DNA of 64,000 bases, from NCBI GenBank assembly GCA_038727515.1, contig JAVYVS010000001.1, positions 160,001-224,000 of the forward strand, read 5' to 3'. Position 1 is the stretch's first letter, and every line of letters begins with the position of its first letter. This stretch comes from Candidatus Methanomethylicia archaeon. Lineage in GTDB: Archaea > Thermoproteota > Methanomethylicia > Culexarchaeales > Culexarchaeaceae. The notes below the pieces were generated by a model. It was not told where the DNA came from and made no database searches. It saw only the letters and a list, made by a program, of their open reading frames with translations. Of this stretch, positions 9,344-19,753 are shown one piece after another. Position numbers and translations under genes: made by a program.

Positions 9344-10180
9344 ATGGATTTATATAGAATTGTGGATATAGGATTGGAAGATATGAAATTCCATTACGAT
9401 TTATTGATTATTGATCTTGATGGTGTTGTTTGGAGAGGTTCTAAAATAATATATGATAATGTGGTTGCATTGAAGCTATTAAATGATTTAAATGTTAAAC
9501 TTATTTTTGCATCTAATAATTCTACCATTTGTAGAAGGGATTATGCATTGAAGTTAAGTGAAATTCTCGGATTTAAAATCCCCATTACCCATGTTTTTAA
9601 TAGTGGTTTTCTAGTTTCTAAATGGCTTTTAGATAAATATGGTGTAAAAAGGGTTTATCCTATTGGTGAACATGGTCTTTTCGAAGAATTATCTTCTAAT
9701 GGACATATTATTGTTGATGGTAATATTCCAAGTGAAATTGAAGTTGTTGTAGTTGGTTTAGATAGGAATTTAACTTATAAGAAGCTTGAAATTGCTCATA
9801 AAGCTATTACAAGGTATAATGCTATTTTCGTTGCATGTAATGAAGATCATATACTTCCATTTGATGATTGGAGTATTCCAGGTGCTGGGGCAATAGTTGC
9901 ATCATTAATTAAAAGCACTGGTGTACATCCAATAGTTATTGGTAAACCTAATCCATACCTTGCTGAGATTATACTTGAATCCTTCAATACACCTAGAGAT
10001 AAGATTCTAGTTGTTGGTGATAGATGTGATATGGATATTGCATTTGCTAGAAATGCTGGTTTAGATTGTTTACTTGTTTTAACTGGTGTTTCAAGGATTG
10101 AAGATGTTGAAAAATGTAAACCTACATATTTCGCAGAAGACCTCCTTCAATTCGTTAAGAATATGATTAATGGATTATAG
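9344..10180 (+). CDS. HAD-IIA (NagD-like) phosphatase
   Basis: DLDGV, SNNS, GKP, GDRCDMD, VLTG motifs. Confidence 0.92.
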   Translation: MDLYRIVDIGLEDMKFHYDLLIIDLDGVVWRGSKIIYDNVVALKLLNDLNVKLIFASNNSTICRRDYALKLSEILGFKIPITHVFNSGFLVSKWLLDKYGVKRVYPIGEHGLFEELSSNGHIIVDGNIPSEIEVVVVGLDRNLTYKKLEIAHKAITRYNAIFVACNEDHILPFDDWSIPGAGAIVASLIKSTGVHPIVIGKPNPYLAEIILESFNTPRDKILVVGDRCDMDIAFARNAGLDCLLVLTGVSRIEDVEKCKPTYFAEDLLQFVKNMINGL

Positions 10181-10184
10181 CTAT

Positions 10185-10396
10185 TTAACTTTCACCTATA
10201 TATCTCTTAAATACCTCTTTAAAATCTTCACTGTTAATAATTGGTTTACCATTTCTATGTATTTCTTGTAGTGATGGTGGCTTCATTTGATATCATGGTA
10301 ATCTATTAATGATTCTTTCTTCAAATGATGGTTTTAATGTATCTTGATAAAAGATTCCAATTGGACTTTCTTGATTTCCATAGCTTTCTTCATAGC
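10185..10396 (-). pseudogene. C-terminal relic of 2-oxoacid:ferredoxin oxidoreductase beta subunit
   Basis: Minus strand reads AMKKAME, a frameshift, then PIGIFYQDTLKPSFEERIINRLP*YQMKPPSLQEI..., resembling the crenarchaeal OforB tail (IPIGIFYQNE..PSYEERI). Confidence 0.6.
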
Positions 10397-10398
10397 AT

Positions 10399-11577
10399 TT
10401 AGTATTTTTCTTGAATTAATTGTTTTTGAACTTCTTTGACGCTTTCTCCAATGATTGTTTTATAACCTAATGTATTCAAGCTTCTTTCTATGGCTGATAC
10501 TGTTGCCACAATATCATTGGCATTTACAGATCCCATATGTCCAACTCTAAAGTAGTTTATGTTTGGGTATAATCCTCCTGCAACTATCACATTCCTTTTA
10601 TTCATTTCATTTAGGAATTGTTGTATGTTTATGTTTTGCGGTAGGTAGATTGCTGTTATTGTTGAAGCAGCATAATCTTCAGATTTAGCCATGATCTTTA
10701 GGTTCATAGCTTCTATACCCTTTCTAAAAGCTTTTGATAATATTTTATGTCTTTTAAATCTAGTTTCCATACCTTCATCTAGTATTAATTTTAAACTTTT
10801 GTTTAATGCTACTATGAGGTTTACCGCTGGTGTTGCAAAGTATGATGCTTTCAATTCTTCATATGAGTTCATAATGTTTATCCATCTTGTTAATTCCATG
10901 TAGTATGGAGAGTATTTCGATTTTGTCTCCTTTAGTCTATCTAATGCTTTTGGTGATAACCATATTATTGCTAATCCTGGTGGTACACCTATAGCTTTTT
11001 GACTTCCAGTGAATAGTACATCTATACCCCAATTTTTCATGTATATTTCTTCTCCAGCTACACTACATACTCCATCAACAACCAATAATGTTTCATTATG
11101 TTTACTTATTTCTTCTCCAAGTTTCTTTAATTCCTGTCTAACTCCAGTACTTGTATCTACATGTGTTACTATCACTAAACTATATTTTTCTTCTTCAATT
11201 TTCCTAAGGATTTCATTGGTGTCAACCATTTCACCAATTTCTTTAGCTTTTAATACATCTATTTTCACTGGGTATTTTGATAATAATTCTATCATTCTAT
11301 CCCCGAAGTATCCATTGGAAACTATAAGCACTTTATCGTTTTCCCTTATGAAATTTGTTGTACTTGCTTCCATAGCTAATGTTCCACTTCCAGCTATTAC
11401 TATAGGTTTATACTCTTCATTTACAAACACTATTTTCCTAAGGTTTTTCAATACATCATGGAATATCTGTATGAATTCTTTTGATGTATGGCTTAATGTT
11501 GTTGTACTTAATTCCCTTAGTACTGAAGGTTCGAATATTATTGGTCCTGGAATCATCAGTAATGATCTTTCACTCAT
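10399..11577 (-). CDS. Class V aminotransferase (alanine-glyoxylate / serine-pyruvate type)
   Basis: LMIPGP, GSGT.AME, HVDTSTG, VDGVCS, GSQKA (PLP Lys), FRVGHMG. Confidence 0.93.
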   Translation of the reverse strand: MSERSLLMIPGPIIFEPSVLRELSTTTLSHTSKEFIQIFHDVLKNLRKIVFVNEEYKPIVIAGSGTLAMEASTTNFIRENDKVLIVSNGYFGDRMIELLSKYPVKIDVLKAKEIGEMVDTNEILRKIEEEKYSLVIVTHVDTSTGVRQELKKLGEEISKHNETLLVVDGVCSVAGEEIYMKNWGIDVLFTGSQKAIGVPPGLAIIWLSPKALDRLKETKSKYSPYYMELTRWINIMNSYEELKASYFATPAVNLIVALNKSLKLILDEGMETRFKRHKILSKAFRKGIEAMNLKIMAKSEDYAASTITAIYLPQNINIQQFLNEMNKRNVIVAGGLYPNINYFRVGHMGSVNANDIVATVSAIERSLNTLGYKTIIGESVKEVQKQLIQEKY

Positions 11578-11668
11578 TTAAACCACAAATCAAATTATAT
11601 TTCAATTTATATTAAAGGTTTGGGGCAACCCATATATATTCATTGAATATATAACTCTATGTGATTTT

Positions 11669-12247
11669 ATGACTACCCTCATTAGAATCTCTAGAATTTG
11701 CGGTTTTATTACGCCGATTGTAGCCTATGGATTCATCTTTCTTGCAATATCTAATGCTCCATGGTTTTCTTGGTATAAGAATGCTTTAAGTGATCTTGGT
11801 GCTAGAAGTCCTTCTGATATCTACTTTAATTCTGGTTTAATATTATCGGGGATTCTTGAAATAATCTTCTCCCTTGGATTTTATAAGGTTATTAATGGAA
11901 TTATGGGTAAGCTTTCTGCAATAATCCTATTCATTGATTCTATTGCTTTAATTGGTATAGGATTATTCCCTGAAACTGCTGGTAGAATACATTTCTACTT
12001 TTCAGTTATCTTCTTCCTCCTCTACCCCATATCTTCACTATTATTCGGTTTAAGTTTAATAGCGTCTAAGAGTAATGTTGTTTTTGGTTTTCTAAGTATA
12101 ATTATGACATTCATATGCTTCGCTATATGGTTTATAATTCCATGGAGATCTATGGGTGTAACTGGAGTTGCTATACCCGAATTCCTCTCTTCAATTTTCG
12201 GATGCATATGGATGGTTTACATCGCCTATAGGTACTTGAAAACCTAA
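11669..12247 (+). CDS. DUF998-family membrane protein
   Basis: PWFSW..NALSDLG, FNSGLI, GIGLFPE, H motifs. Confidence 0.85.
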   Translation: MTTLIRISRICGFITPIVAYGFIFLAISNAPWFSWYKNALSDLGARSPSDIYFNSGLILSGILEIIFSLGFYKVINGIMGKLSAIILFIDSIALIGIGLFPETAGRIHFYFSVIFFLLYPISSLLFGLSLIASKSNVVFGFLSIIMTFICFAIWFIIPWRSMGVTGVAIPEFLSSIFGCIWMVYIAYRYLKT

Positions 12248-12300
12248 ATTTAATAAAACCCTTTATATGCTTTCTCTATATATATGACTTTGGTGAATAT

Positions 12301-13338
12301 ATGCGTATTGTAGATTTACGTAGTGATACCGTTACTATTCCACCAAAGGAAGCTTTAGCCACCATCCTTGAAGCCCCGTTAGGTGATGATGTCTACCGTG
12401 AAGACCCCACTGTTAATAAACTTGAAGCTATGGCTGCTGAAATATTTGAGAAAGAAGCTGCACTATTAGTTACTAGTGGTACTCAAGCAAATTTGATTTC
12501 AGTTATGGCTCATACTAAACGTGGTGATGAAGTTATTGTAGAATATGATTCCCATATATACAATTATGAAGTTGGAGGAATATCTTGGATTGCTGGTGTT
12601 CATCCAAGACCCATCAAGGGATTTAGAGGTTTTATGGATCCTGCAGCTATAGAATCTGCTATTAGACCTAAAGATATTCATTGCGGAGAAACCACTCTAC
12701 TATGTGTTGAAAATACTCATAATAGGGCTGGTGGAACTGTTATAACTCCTAAACAAATGGAAGCTATGGCTGAAGTAGCTAGGAGACATGGTTTAAAGGT
12801 TTATGTTGATGGTGCAAGAATATTTAATGCAGCCGTCGCTTTAAATATTAAACCTTCAAAACTCGTGGAGAATGCTGATTCTCTAAGCTTCTGCCTCTCT
12901 AAAGGTTTAGCTGGTCCAATTGGCTCTCTTATGGTTGGACCTAAAGAATTTATTGAACGTGCAAGGAAGATTCGAAAAGTTTTAGGTGGTGGTATGAGAA
13001 AGGCTGGCGTTATTGCTGCACCTGGAATTTGGGTTTTGGAACATATGGTGGATCGTTTAAAGGAAGATCATGAAAATGCACGTAAACTTGCTTTAGGTTT
13101 ATCGAAGATTCCAGAAATTTCTATTGATCTAGAATGTGTTCAAACGAATATTGTAATATTTGAATTGAAGAGCATTAGTGCTAGAGCCTTTGTTGAAGCA
13201 TTATCTAGAAGAGGAGTTAAATGTGGCGCTATTGGTCCTAGGAGAATTCGTATGGTAACTCATTATGGAATAACATCTGAAGATATAGATTATACTTTGA
13301 AAATAGTGAAAATGGTTTTAGAAGATTTATTAGAGTAG
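12301..13338 (+). CDS. ltaE: Low-specificity L-threonine aldolase
   Basis: DLRSDTVT, GDDVY.EDPT, SGTQAN, ENTHN, DGARIFNA, CLSKGL, GGGMR. Confidence 0.95.
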   Translation: MRIVDLRSDTVTIPPKEALATILEAPLGDDVYREDPTVNKLEAMAAEIFEKEAALLVTSGTQANLISVMAHTKRGDEVIVEYDSHIYNYEVGGISWIAGVHPRPIKGFRGFMDPAAIESAIRPKDIHCGETTLLCVENTHNRAGGTVITPKQMEAMAEVARRHGLKVYVDGARIFNAAVALNIKPSKLVENADSLSFCLSKGLAGPIGSLMVGPKEFIERARKIRKVLGGGMRKAGVIAAPGIWVLEHMVDRLKEDHENARKLALGLSKIPEISIDLECVQTNIVIFELKSISARAFVEALSRRGVKCGAIGPRRIRMVTHYGITSEDIDYTLKIVKMVLEDLLE

Positions 13339-13560
13339 ATTCATTAAACTAATTTATTCAACCAATTATTTTTGTTTAATTTTTATTTAAATCCATTTTA
13401 TAATGGTATTTTAATCATTTTCATGTATACATTTTTGTAAATGTTATAATGTTTTGCTGCATTTTCTTGTAGATGATATATTTAATTTTCAATTTAAAAT
13501 GGTAACATTTAATTTATCCTTTACTACTTATGTTATGGTTGGTTGTTTGAGGTTAATTAT

Positions 13561-14928
13561 ATGTGGAGTATGCTTTATTTCCTTAGGAATAACCCTGAGA
13601 GAATTAGGATTTCTCAACGTGCTAGAGGTTTAGATGAATCTATTGTTGATAAAGCTTTAGAATTGGATTTAAAGTGGAGGAAGGTTTTAACTTATATTAA
13701 TGAGTTGAGGCGTGAGCATAATAGGATTTCACGTGAAATTGCTGGTTTAATTGGGGTGGAGAGGGAGAAGAAGCTTGAAGAAGCTCGTAAATTGGCTGAA
13801 AAGATCGAAATTGAAGAAAAAATTTTGAATGATTTGGAGGCTGAACGTACACGTATATTGCTTAGTATACCAAATATTGTCCATGAATCTGTTCCTATTG
13901 GTAGAAGTGAGGAAGATAATGTTCCAATAAGATTTTATGGTAAACCAAAAGTTTACTACGAGTTTGAAAATGAATTTTTAAAGCAAATTAAGGGGTTTAA
14001 AGTTGATTATGAAATTATTGATTGGAAGCCTATGGGTCATGCTGATATGCTTGATTTCCTGGGGTTGGGTGATACTGTTAAAGCTGGTGAAGTTGCTACT
14101 TCAAGGTTTTATTATCTATTTGATGATCTTGTATGGCTTGATTTATCACTTCTCCTCTATGCTTTAGATTTCCTATCTAGTCAGGGGTTTAAAGTTGTTT
14201 TAACTCCTTACATGCTTAGAAGAGCTGCATATGAGGGTGTTACAACACTTAGTGATTTTGAAGAAGCTTTATATAAGATTGAAGGTGAAGATCTATATTT
14301 AATTGCTACAAGTGAGCATCCCATTGCTGCTTATCAAATGAATAATTTAATTGATGGAAAAGACTTGCCAATTCTATATGCTGGTATTAGTGCATGCTTT
14401 AGGAAGGAGGCTGGAGCTCATGGTAAGGATACTAAGGGTATATTTAGAGTTCATCAATTCAATAAAATTGAACAATTTGTTTTCTGTTTACCAGAGGATT
14501 CTTGGATTTGGATTGAAAGATTAATTGAAAATGCTGAGAAGCTTTGGTCTGGTTTAGATATACCATATAGAGTTGTTAATATATGTTCTGGTGAATTAAG
14601 TGCTGTAGTTTCTAAAAGGTATGATTTAGAGGCGTGGATGCCTGCTCAAGGTAAGTATAGGGAGATGGTTTCATGTAGTAATTGTCTTGATTGGCAGAGT
14701 TATAGGCTTAATATTAGATTTCAGAGGAAAGGTGAAAAGGGTTTAGAGAGAGGTTACGTACATACGTTAAATTCAACTGCTATAGCTTCAACAAGAGCTA
14801 TAACTGCTATACTTGAGAATTATCAAGAAGCTGATGGTACAGTTATTATACCAAAGGTTTTAAGACCATACCTTGAAATGTTTAAGAAGGCTCCTAAAGA
14901 AGCTATATATCCAATTAAGAAAAGATAA
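13561..14928 (+). CDS. serS: Serine--tRNA ligase
   Basis: Coiled-coil N-terminus, ATSE, FRKEAG, RVHQF.K.E, SCSNC, HTLNST; start set at ATG 13561. Confidence 0.97.
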   Translation: MWSMLYFLRNNPERIRISQRARGLDESIVDKALELDLKWRKVLTYINELRREHNRISREIAGLIGVEREKKLEEARKLAEKIEIEEKILNDLEAERTRILLSIPNIVHESVPIGRSEEDNVPIRFYGKPKVYYEFENEFLKQIKGFKVDYEIIDWKPMGHADMLDFLGLGDTVKAGEVATSRFYYLFDDLVWLDLSLLLYALDFLSSQGFKVVLTPYMLRRAAYEGVTTLSDFEEALYKIEGEDLYLIATSEHPIAAYQMNNLIDGKDLPILYAGISACFRKEAGAHGKDTKGIFRVHQFNKIEQFVFCLPEDSWIWIERLIENAEKLWSGLDIPYRVVNICSGELSAVVSKRYDLEAWMPAQGKYREMVSCSNCLDWQSYRLNIRFQRKGEKGLERGYVHTLNSTAIASTRAITAILENYQEADGTVIIPKVLRPYLEMFKKAPKEAIYPIKKR

Positions 14929-14932
14929 TTGT

Positions 14933-16225
14933 TTAGTTTATTTTTATCTTTAATTTTATTGAATGTACTGAACATGAAATGCATGGATCATAGTTTCTTA
15001 TTATTTGTTCCACTATTAATTGAGCTTCTTCTATTGGTTTACTTATGATTAATGGTATTTGATTTATGATATCTTGTTCTATATGTGCTAAGTTTTGTGT
15101 TGTAGGAGCTATTATCCTAGCTTTTTCAACAAATCCTTCATCATTCAATTTATACGAATGATATAATACTCCTCTTGGAGCTTCCGTTGCTCCACATCCC
15201 CAACCTCCCTTCACTTTATATTCTACGTATGGTTTTTCCGGTTCTCTATATTCATCAATTAATCTCTCTATCTCCAAGGTTGCATGGAATATTTCTGCAA
15301 GTCTCGCTATTATACTTTGATATGTGTTTGTTAATGGTGCTTTATAACCATTGTCCTCTATTATATCTCTTACTTCCCCCCTTAAAGTATTGTAGTTATT
15401 GTTGTATCTAGCTATGGGTCCAGTTATATAGAATCCTCTTCTCCTTATTTTGCATCTTAGCGATGTAGAGTATGGTACTTGTATTTCTTCTATTTCCTTT
15501 TCAAAATCTTCTTCTACAATGTTTAAACCTTTATTGGATATTATTCTTCCACCTATTGTTGGATATTCATTATCTTGATCTTTTAGGGAGAGGTATTCAT
15601 AATCACATTTTACCTCTGGTATCTTAAGTTTAAATGTCCATTTCAATAGTTCTTTTGCTATTTCTTGGTATTCTCTGCATTTATCCTTTATATCTTTTAG
15701 TTCTGTTTTCCTTATTACTCTATAGAATCCGCCTATTCTACATGAGATTGGATGTACAGGTCTTCCACCTAATTTTTCAATTATGTAGTTTCCGAAGGCT
15801 TTTAATCTCATTGCTTTTCTAATTGTTTCAGGTTCTATTTTAGCTAATTCTATAGCATCATTTAATCTTAGGAAGTCTGGAGCGTGAAGTAGAAATGCAT
15901 GTAGAGTATGACTGCTTATCCATTCTCCAAATAGCATGATCTTCCTCAACTCTCTTATTTCTTTAGGTATTTCAATTTCAAAGATTTTCTCTATTGCTCT
16001 GCTGCTACTATAGATGTATGGTATTGGGCATATACCGCATATTCTTGCAACTAAATCTGGAACTTCACTGTATTTTCTACCTATCAAGAATGCTTCGAAG
16101 AATCTTGGAGCTTCAAATATATTTAACTCTAATTTCTCTATTTTTCCATTTGTTATTATTAATTCTACTCCTCCTTCTCCTTCAACTCTCGTTAATGGTT
16201 TAATTTTTAAATCTATTTTACTCAT
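14933..16225 (-). CDS. hydA: Group 3b [NiFe]-hydrogenase (sulfhydrogenase) large/alpha subunit
   Basis: TRVEG, RICGIC, EAPRG, DPCISCSVH plus a short cleavable tail. Confidence 0.95.
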   Translation of the reverse strand: MSKIDLKIKPLTRVEGEGGVELIITNGKIEKLELNIFEAPRFFEAFLIGRKYSEVPDLVARICGICPIPYIYSSSRAIEKIFEIEIPKEIRELRKIMLFGEWISSHTLHAFLLHAPDFLRLNDAIELAKIEPETIRKAMRLKAFGNYIIEKLGGRPVHPISCRIGGFYRVIRKTELKDIKDKCREYQEIAKELLKWTFKLKIPEVKCDYEYLSLKDQDNEYPTIGGRIISNKGLNIVEEDFEKEIEEIQVPYSTSLRCKIRRRGFYITGPIARYNNNYNTLRGEVRDIIEDNGYKAPLTNTYQSIIARLAEIFHATLEIERLIDEYREPEKPYVEYKVKGGWGCGATEAPRGVLYHSYKLNDEGFVEKARIIAPTTQNLAHIEQDIINQIPLIISKPIEEAQLIVEQIIRNYDPCISCSVHSIKLKIKIN

Positions 16226-16977
16226 TTATTTATCACCTCTCTGAACTTTTGATTCCAATTTTCGAATTTCTTTAATAGTAATGATATGTCCATTTTACTT
16301 AACCCCTTATTTCTAAAGTGTTCCATTAATCTCTCTACTTCTGGTTTATCTGAGGGTCCATAGCATGCGTAGCATGGTCTTTGGAAGCTTGGGCATAGAG
16401 CTCCACATCCAACCATAACTATTGGTCCTAAGCATGGTTCACCTTTAGTTACAAGTACACATGTATACCCCTTTATTTTACATTGTATACATAAACTATG
16501 TGTGGGTAGGAATGGTTCTCTACCAAGCATTATTTGGCTTAATACCCATAATAATTGGCGTCTATTTATTGGGCATCCATTTATTTCAAAATCTACTTTT
16601 ACATGTTCAGATATAGGTGTTGATTTCTCTAACGTTTTAATCCACTCTGGATTTGGATAAACGATCTTTTTATAATCATTGATTTGATTACTCCAATTTC
16701 TTAATGCTTGTATTCCACCTGATGTAGCACATGAACCTATTGCTATTACATATTTTGATTCATTCCTTACCCTTTTAATTTCTTCTTCTTGTTCTGGTGT
16801 TGATATACTTCCCTCAATTAATGCTATATCATAGGGTCCTTCACTAATTTTCTTTGAAGCTTCTATGAAGTATGCTACTTCAACTTTTTCCGCTATTTTT
16901 AAGAGTTCTTCCTCAAGATTTAATAGCTCTAATTGGCATCCACTACAACTTGCAAATTTGAATATTGCCAACTTCAT
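16222..16977 (-). CDS. hydD: Group 3b hydrogenase small/delta subunit
   Basis: SCSGCQ, EGS, GSCA..GG, GCP and C-terminal Cys clusters. Confidence 0.93.
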   Translation of the reverse strand: MKLAIFKFASCSGCQLELLNLEEELLKIAEKVEVAYFIEASKKISEGPYDIALIEGSISTPEQEEEIKRVRNESKYVIAIGSCATSGGIQALRNWSNQINDYKKIVYPNPEWIKTLEKSTPISEHVKVDFEINGCPINRRQLLWVLSQIMLGREPFLPTHSLCIQCKIKGYTCVLVTKGEPCLGPIVMVGCGALCPSFQRPCYACYGPSDKPEVERLMEHFRNKGLSKMDISLLLKKFENWNQKFREVINK

Positions 16978-17792
16978 ATTTGCTCCACCTCAAAATAACC
17001 TTTTATTTTTGAAAATTGGAATACTGGTCCATCCTTACATACGAAGTATGGTCCCACTTGACAATGTCCGCATTGCCCTATTCCGCATCGCATCCTCCTC
17101 TCCATTGAAATATATATCCTCTCTTCCGGAATCTTCTTTTTAATTAAGTCTTTTACCGTGAATTTCATCATTATCTCTGGTCCACAAACCATTGCTATTG
17201 TATTTTTAGGGTCTACGTCTACTTTTGGTATTAATGTTGTAACAACACCTACAGCTCCAGCCCATTCCTCTTCCCCTCTATCAACGGTTACATGAAATTC
17301 AGTATTCCTTATCCTCTTATACCTTTCAAATTCTCTTCTATAAACTAAATCTCTTGGGGTTCTTGCACCATAAAGTATTATCATTCTACCATATCTATCC
17401 CTATTTCTCTCTACTTCCATTATTACTGGTCTTAGGGGTGCTATTCCTATTCCACCTGATACTATTAGTATATCAAATCCTTCAGCTTCCTTCACTGGCC
17501 ATGTATTTCCATAAGGTCCTCTAAAACCAATGATATCATTCTCCTTAATCTTACTGATCATTCTTGTTACTGCACCTACAATTTTTATTGTATGCATTAT
17601 CTTTCCATCTTCTAATCCACTTATTGAAATTGGTATTTCCCCTCCACCATATACGTATAATATATTGAATTGTCCTGGTGAACCCTTTACTTCACCTTCC
17701 ATTGGCGTTACATAATACGTGTATACGTCTTGTGTTTCTTGAATAATTTTATTTATCAAACCCTTTTTGAATATGTATTCTTTATAGATCAT
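16974..17792 (-). CDS. hydG: Group 3b hydrogenase gamma subunit (FAD/NAD(P)-binding, 2Fe-2S)
   Basis: PGQF, RGPYG, GGIGIAP, CGPE.MM, M.CG.G.CGHC...C.DGPVF. Confidence 0.93.
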   Translation of the reverse strand: MIYKEYIFKKGLINKIIQETQDVYTYYVTPMEGEVKGSPGQFNILYVYGGGEIPISISGLEDGKIMHTIKIVGAVTRMISKIKENDIIGFRGPYGNTWPVKEAEGFDILIVSGGIGIAPLRPVIMEVERNRDRYGRMIILYGARTPRDLVYRREFERYKRIRNTEFHVTVDRGEEEWAGAVGVVTTLIPKVDVDPKNTIAMVCGPEIMMKFTVKDLIKKKIPEERIYISMERRMRCGIGQCGHCQVGPYFVCKDGPVFQFSKIKGYFEVEQI

Positions 17793-18871
17793 TTTTCTCC
17801 ACCGCCTAATACCCTTATTATACTTTCTCTAATGTCTATTCCCATGGGACACCACGTTATACATCTACCACATCCCACACAACCTAATGTATCAAACTGC
17901 TTCTCCCAATATGAGAATTTATGTAGTAGCCATTGCCTATATCTAGCCCATAAATCAGGTCTAAAGTTTCCACCAGCTACTTCTGCATATCTATAGGTGA
18001 AGCAGCTATCCCAATATCTAATTCTATCAACATATTCATCTAAATGTGATTCATCATATATGTCGAAGCAGAAGCAGGTGGGACATACCATTGTACAATT
18101 TCCACATCCAACACATTTTTCAGAGACTTTTCTCCATAAATCTTTATTCATAATTTTCTCTTCCAATTCCTTTGGTAAGTTTTCTATGTTAAATGGAGCT
18201 TTCGCCTTCTTTTCAGCTTCCTCCATGGTTTTTATTAAACTAGTGATGTCATCTACTGATGCCTCCCTTAGTTCATTTAAAGATTTCAGTATTTTCCCAC
18301 CTTTTTCACTTCCAACTTCAAATAATACTTTACCATTTATTTTCGTGTATGCTATATCAAAATTTTCTTTAACTCTAGGTCCAGTACCCATTGTGGCACA
18401 AAAGCATGTTTTACCGGGATCTATACAATTTTCCACTATTATTGTGAGTTTTTCTCTTATGGTTTTATAGTATACATCTTCATTCCATGAAAAAGTTTTA
18501 TCCATGATTTTTATCGCAGCAGAATCACATGGTTTTATTGCAAAAAATGTTATTTCCATATTCTGGTAATCGTATGGTTCTATCCTTAATCCTTTGTATA
18601 CTCTGATAATTTTAAGTGTTGGTGGAAACAAGTATTTCTTTGGTGAATCAAATCCATGTCTAAAGAATTTCCCCTTAAATAATCTATAGTTTCCTGGTTC
18701 TTGCAAATCTTCAACATCCCTTGCTAATTCTTCATAATCATTTAATTCTTCATACACTATTGAATTTCCATCTGCTGATATCCTTGGTCCTATCACCTTT
18801 GTCTTTTCCCTTAATATTTTAAAGAGTTTTTCCAGATCGCGCTCTAATCCACTTTTAATTTCTACTATCAT
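17789..18871 (-). CDS. hydB: Group 3b hydrogenase beta subunit (Fe-S)
   Basis: PCD, CFC, CVGCGNCTMVCPTCFC, WDSC, CVGCGRCITWCP. Confidence 0.93.
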   Translation of the reverse strand: MIVEIKSGLERDLEKLFKILREKTKVIGPRISADGNSIVYEELNDYEELARDVEDLQEPGNYRLFKGKFFRHGFDSPKKYLFPPTLKIIRVYKGLRIEPYDYQNMEITFFAIKPCDSAAIKIMDKTFSWNEDVYYKTIREKLTIIVENCIDPGKTCFCATMGTGPRVKENFDIAYTKINGKVLFEVGSEKGGKILKSLNELREASVDDITSLIKTMEEAEKKAKAPFNIENLPKELEEKIMNKDLWRKVSEKCVGCGNCTMVCPTCFCFDIYDESHLDEYVDRIRYWDSCFTYRYAEVAGGNFRPDLWARYRQWLLHKFSYWEKQFDTLGCVGCGRCITWCPMGIDIRESIIRVLGGGEK

Positions 18872-19008
18872 AACATCACCGATAAGTCTCCCTCAACTCC
18901 TATTGGTATAACTTGCTTTTAAAGTAGTAATTAATTAAATTATTTATTTCTTTTCATCCGGACTTTTTATGATAAATGTTAAATTTAAATGTATGTAATA
19001 TATGATTT
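18872..19008. promoter_or_regulatory. Divergent promoter region between the two hydrogenase operons
   Basis: 137-bp AT-rich gap; TTTAAAT at 18984..18990 before ATG 19009; GGTGA SD (18880..18876) before hydB. Confidence 0.55.
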
Positions 19009-19503
19009 ATGATGAATAGTATTGAGTCATTTAAAGAGCAGAGGATACTCTTATTTGATTTTCGTAAATGTTCTGGTTGTTTTATTTGTATGTTGGTATG
19101 TTCATATACCCATTATGGTGGTTTTGATTTCAATAAATCTCATATACGTGTTTATGAGAATCCTAAAGCTCCTTTATCATTTATTAGTATGTATTGTACC
19201 CATTGTGATCATCCAATTTGTGAAGCTGCATGTCCAGCTAATCCTAAAGCTATAGTGAAATCTTCTGATACCGGTTTTGTTAAGATTGATAGGATGAAAT
19301 GTATAGGATGTAGATCATGTATATGTGCATGTCCAATATCTATTCCTCATTTTGATGAGGAATATGGTGTATGTTCTAAATGTGATGCTTGTGATGGAAA
19401 ATTTTTATGTGCAGAATTTTGTAGCACTGGGGCTTTAATGGTTGTTCCGAGAAGTAAAGCTAAGTATTATCTTGAAAATATCATGGGTGTAAAATATGAG
19501 TAG
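19009..19503 (+). CDS. 4x[4Fe-4S] ferredoxin-like subunit (HycB/CooF/DmsB-like)
   Basis: CSGCFICMLVC, CTHCDHPICEAAC, CIGCRSCICAC, KCDAC...CAEFC. Confidence 0.92.
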   Translation: MMNSIESFKEQRILLFDFRKCSGCFICMLVCSYTHYGGFDFNKSHIRVYENPKAPLSFISMYCTHCDHPICEAACPANPKAIVKSSDTGFVKIDRMKCIGCRSCICACPISIPHFDEEYGVCSKCDACDGKFLCAEFCSTGALMVVPRSKAKYYLENIMGVKYE

Positions 19504-19753
19504 TGATGAAAATTTATATCCATGGAGGAAGAGGGAGAATCCTTTAGCTTCATCAATTAGTAGCCCAATCCTTAGGCTTATTAGAATTGGACATATTCAT
19601 AGACTTCTACCCATCATGGAGAAGGAGAGGGAAAAGATGGGGTTGCAGAAACTTCCTCCATCCGCTTTTTCATCAAAGGATGCTGTATCTGAAGTTAATA
19701 TTTTACTTCAATACAACTTGAGTGATAAAATTAAAAGGAGGATTAAATTGTAA
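19496..19753 (+). CDS. Cys-free 85-aa protein resembling the C-terminal helical arm of HdrC
   Basis: GH........R...GL..LPP.......A..EV..L pattern as in HdrC tails; overlaps both neighbours and directly precedes hdrB. Confidence 0.65.
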   Translation: MSSDENLYPWRKRENPLASSISSPILRLIRIGHIHRLLPIMEKEREKMGLQKLPPSAFSSKDAVSEVNILLQYNLSDKIKRRIKL

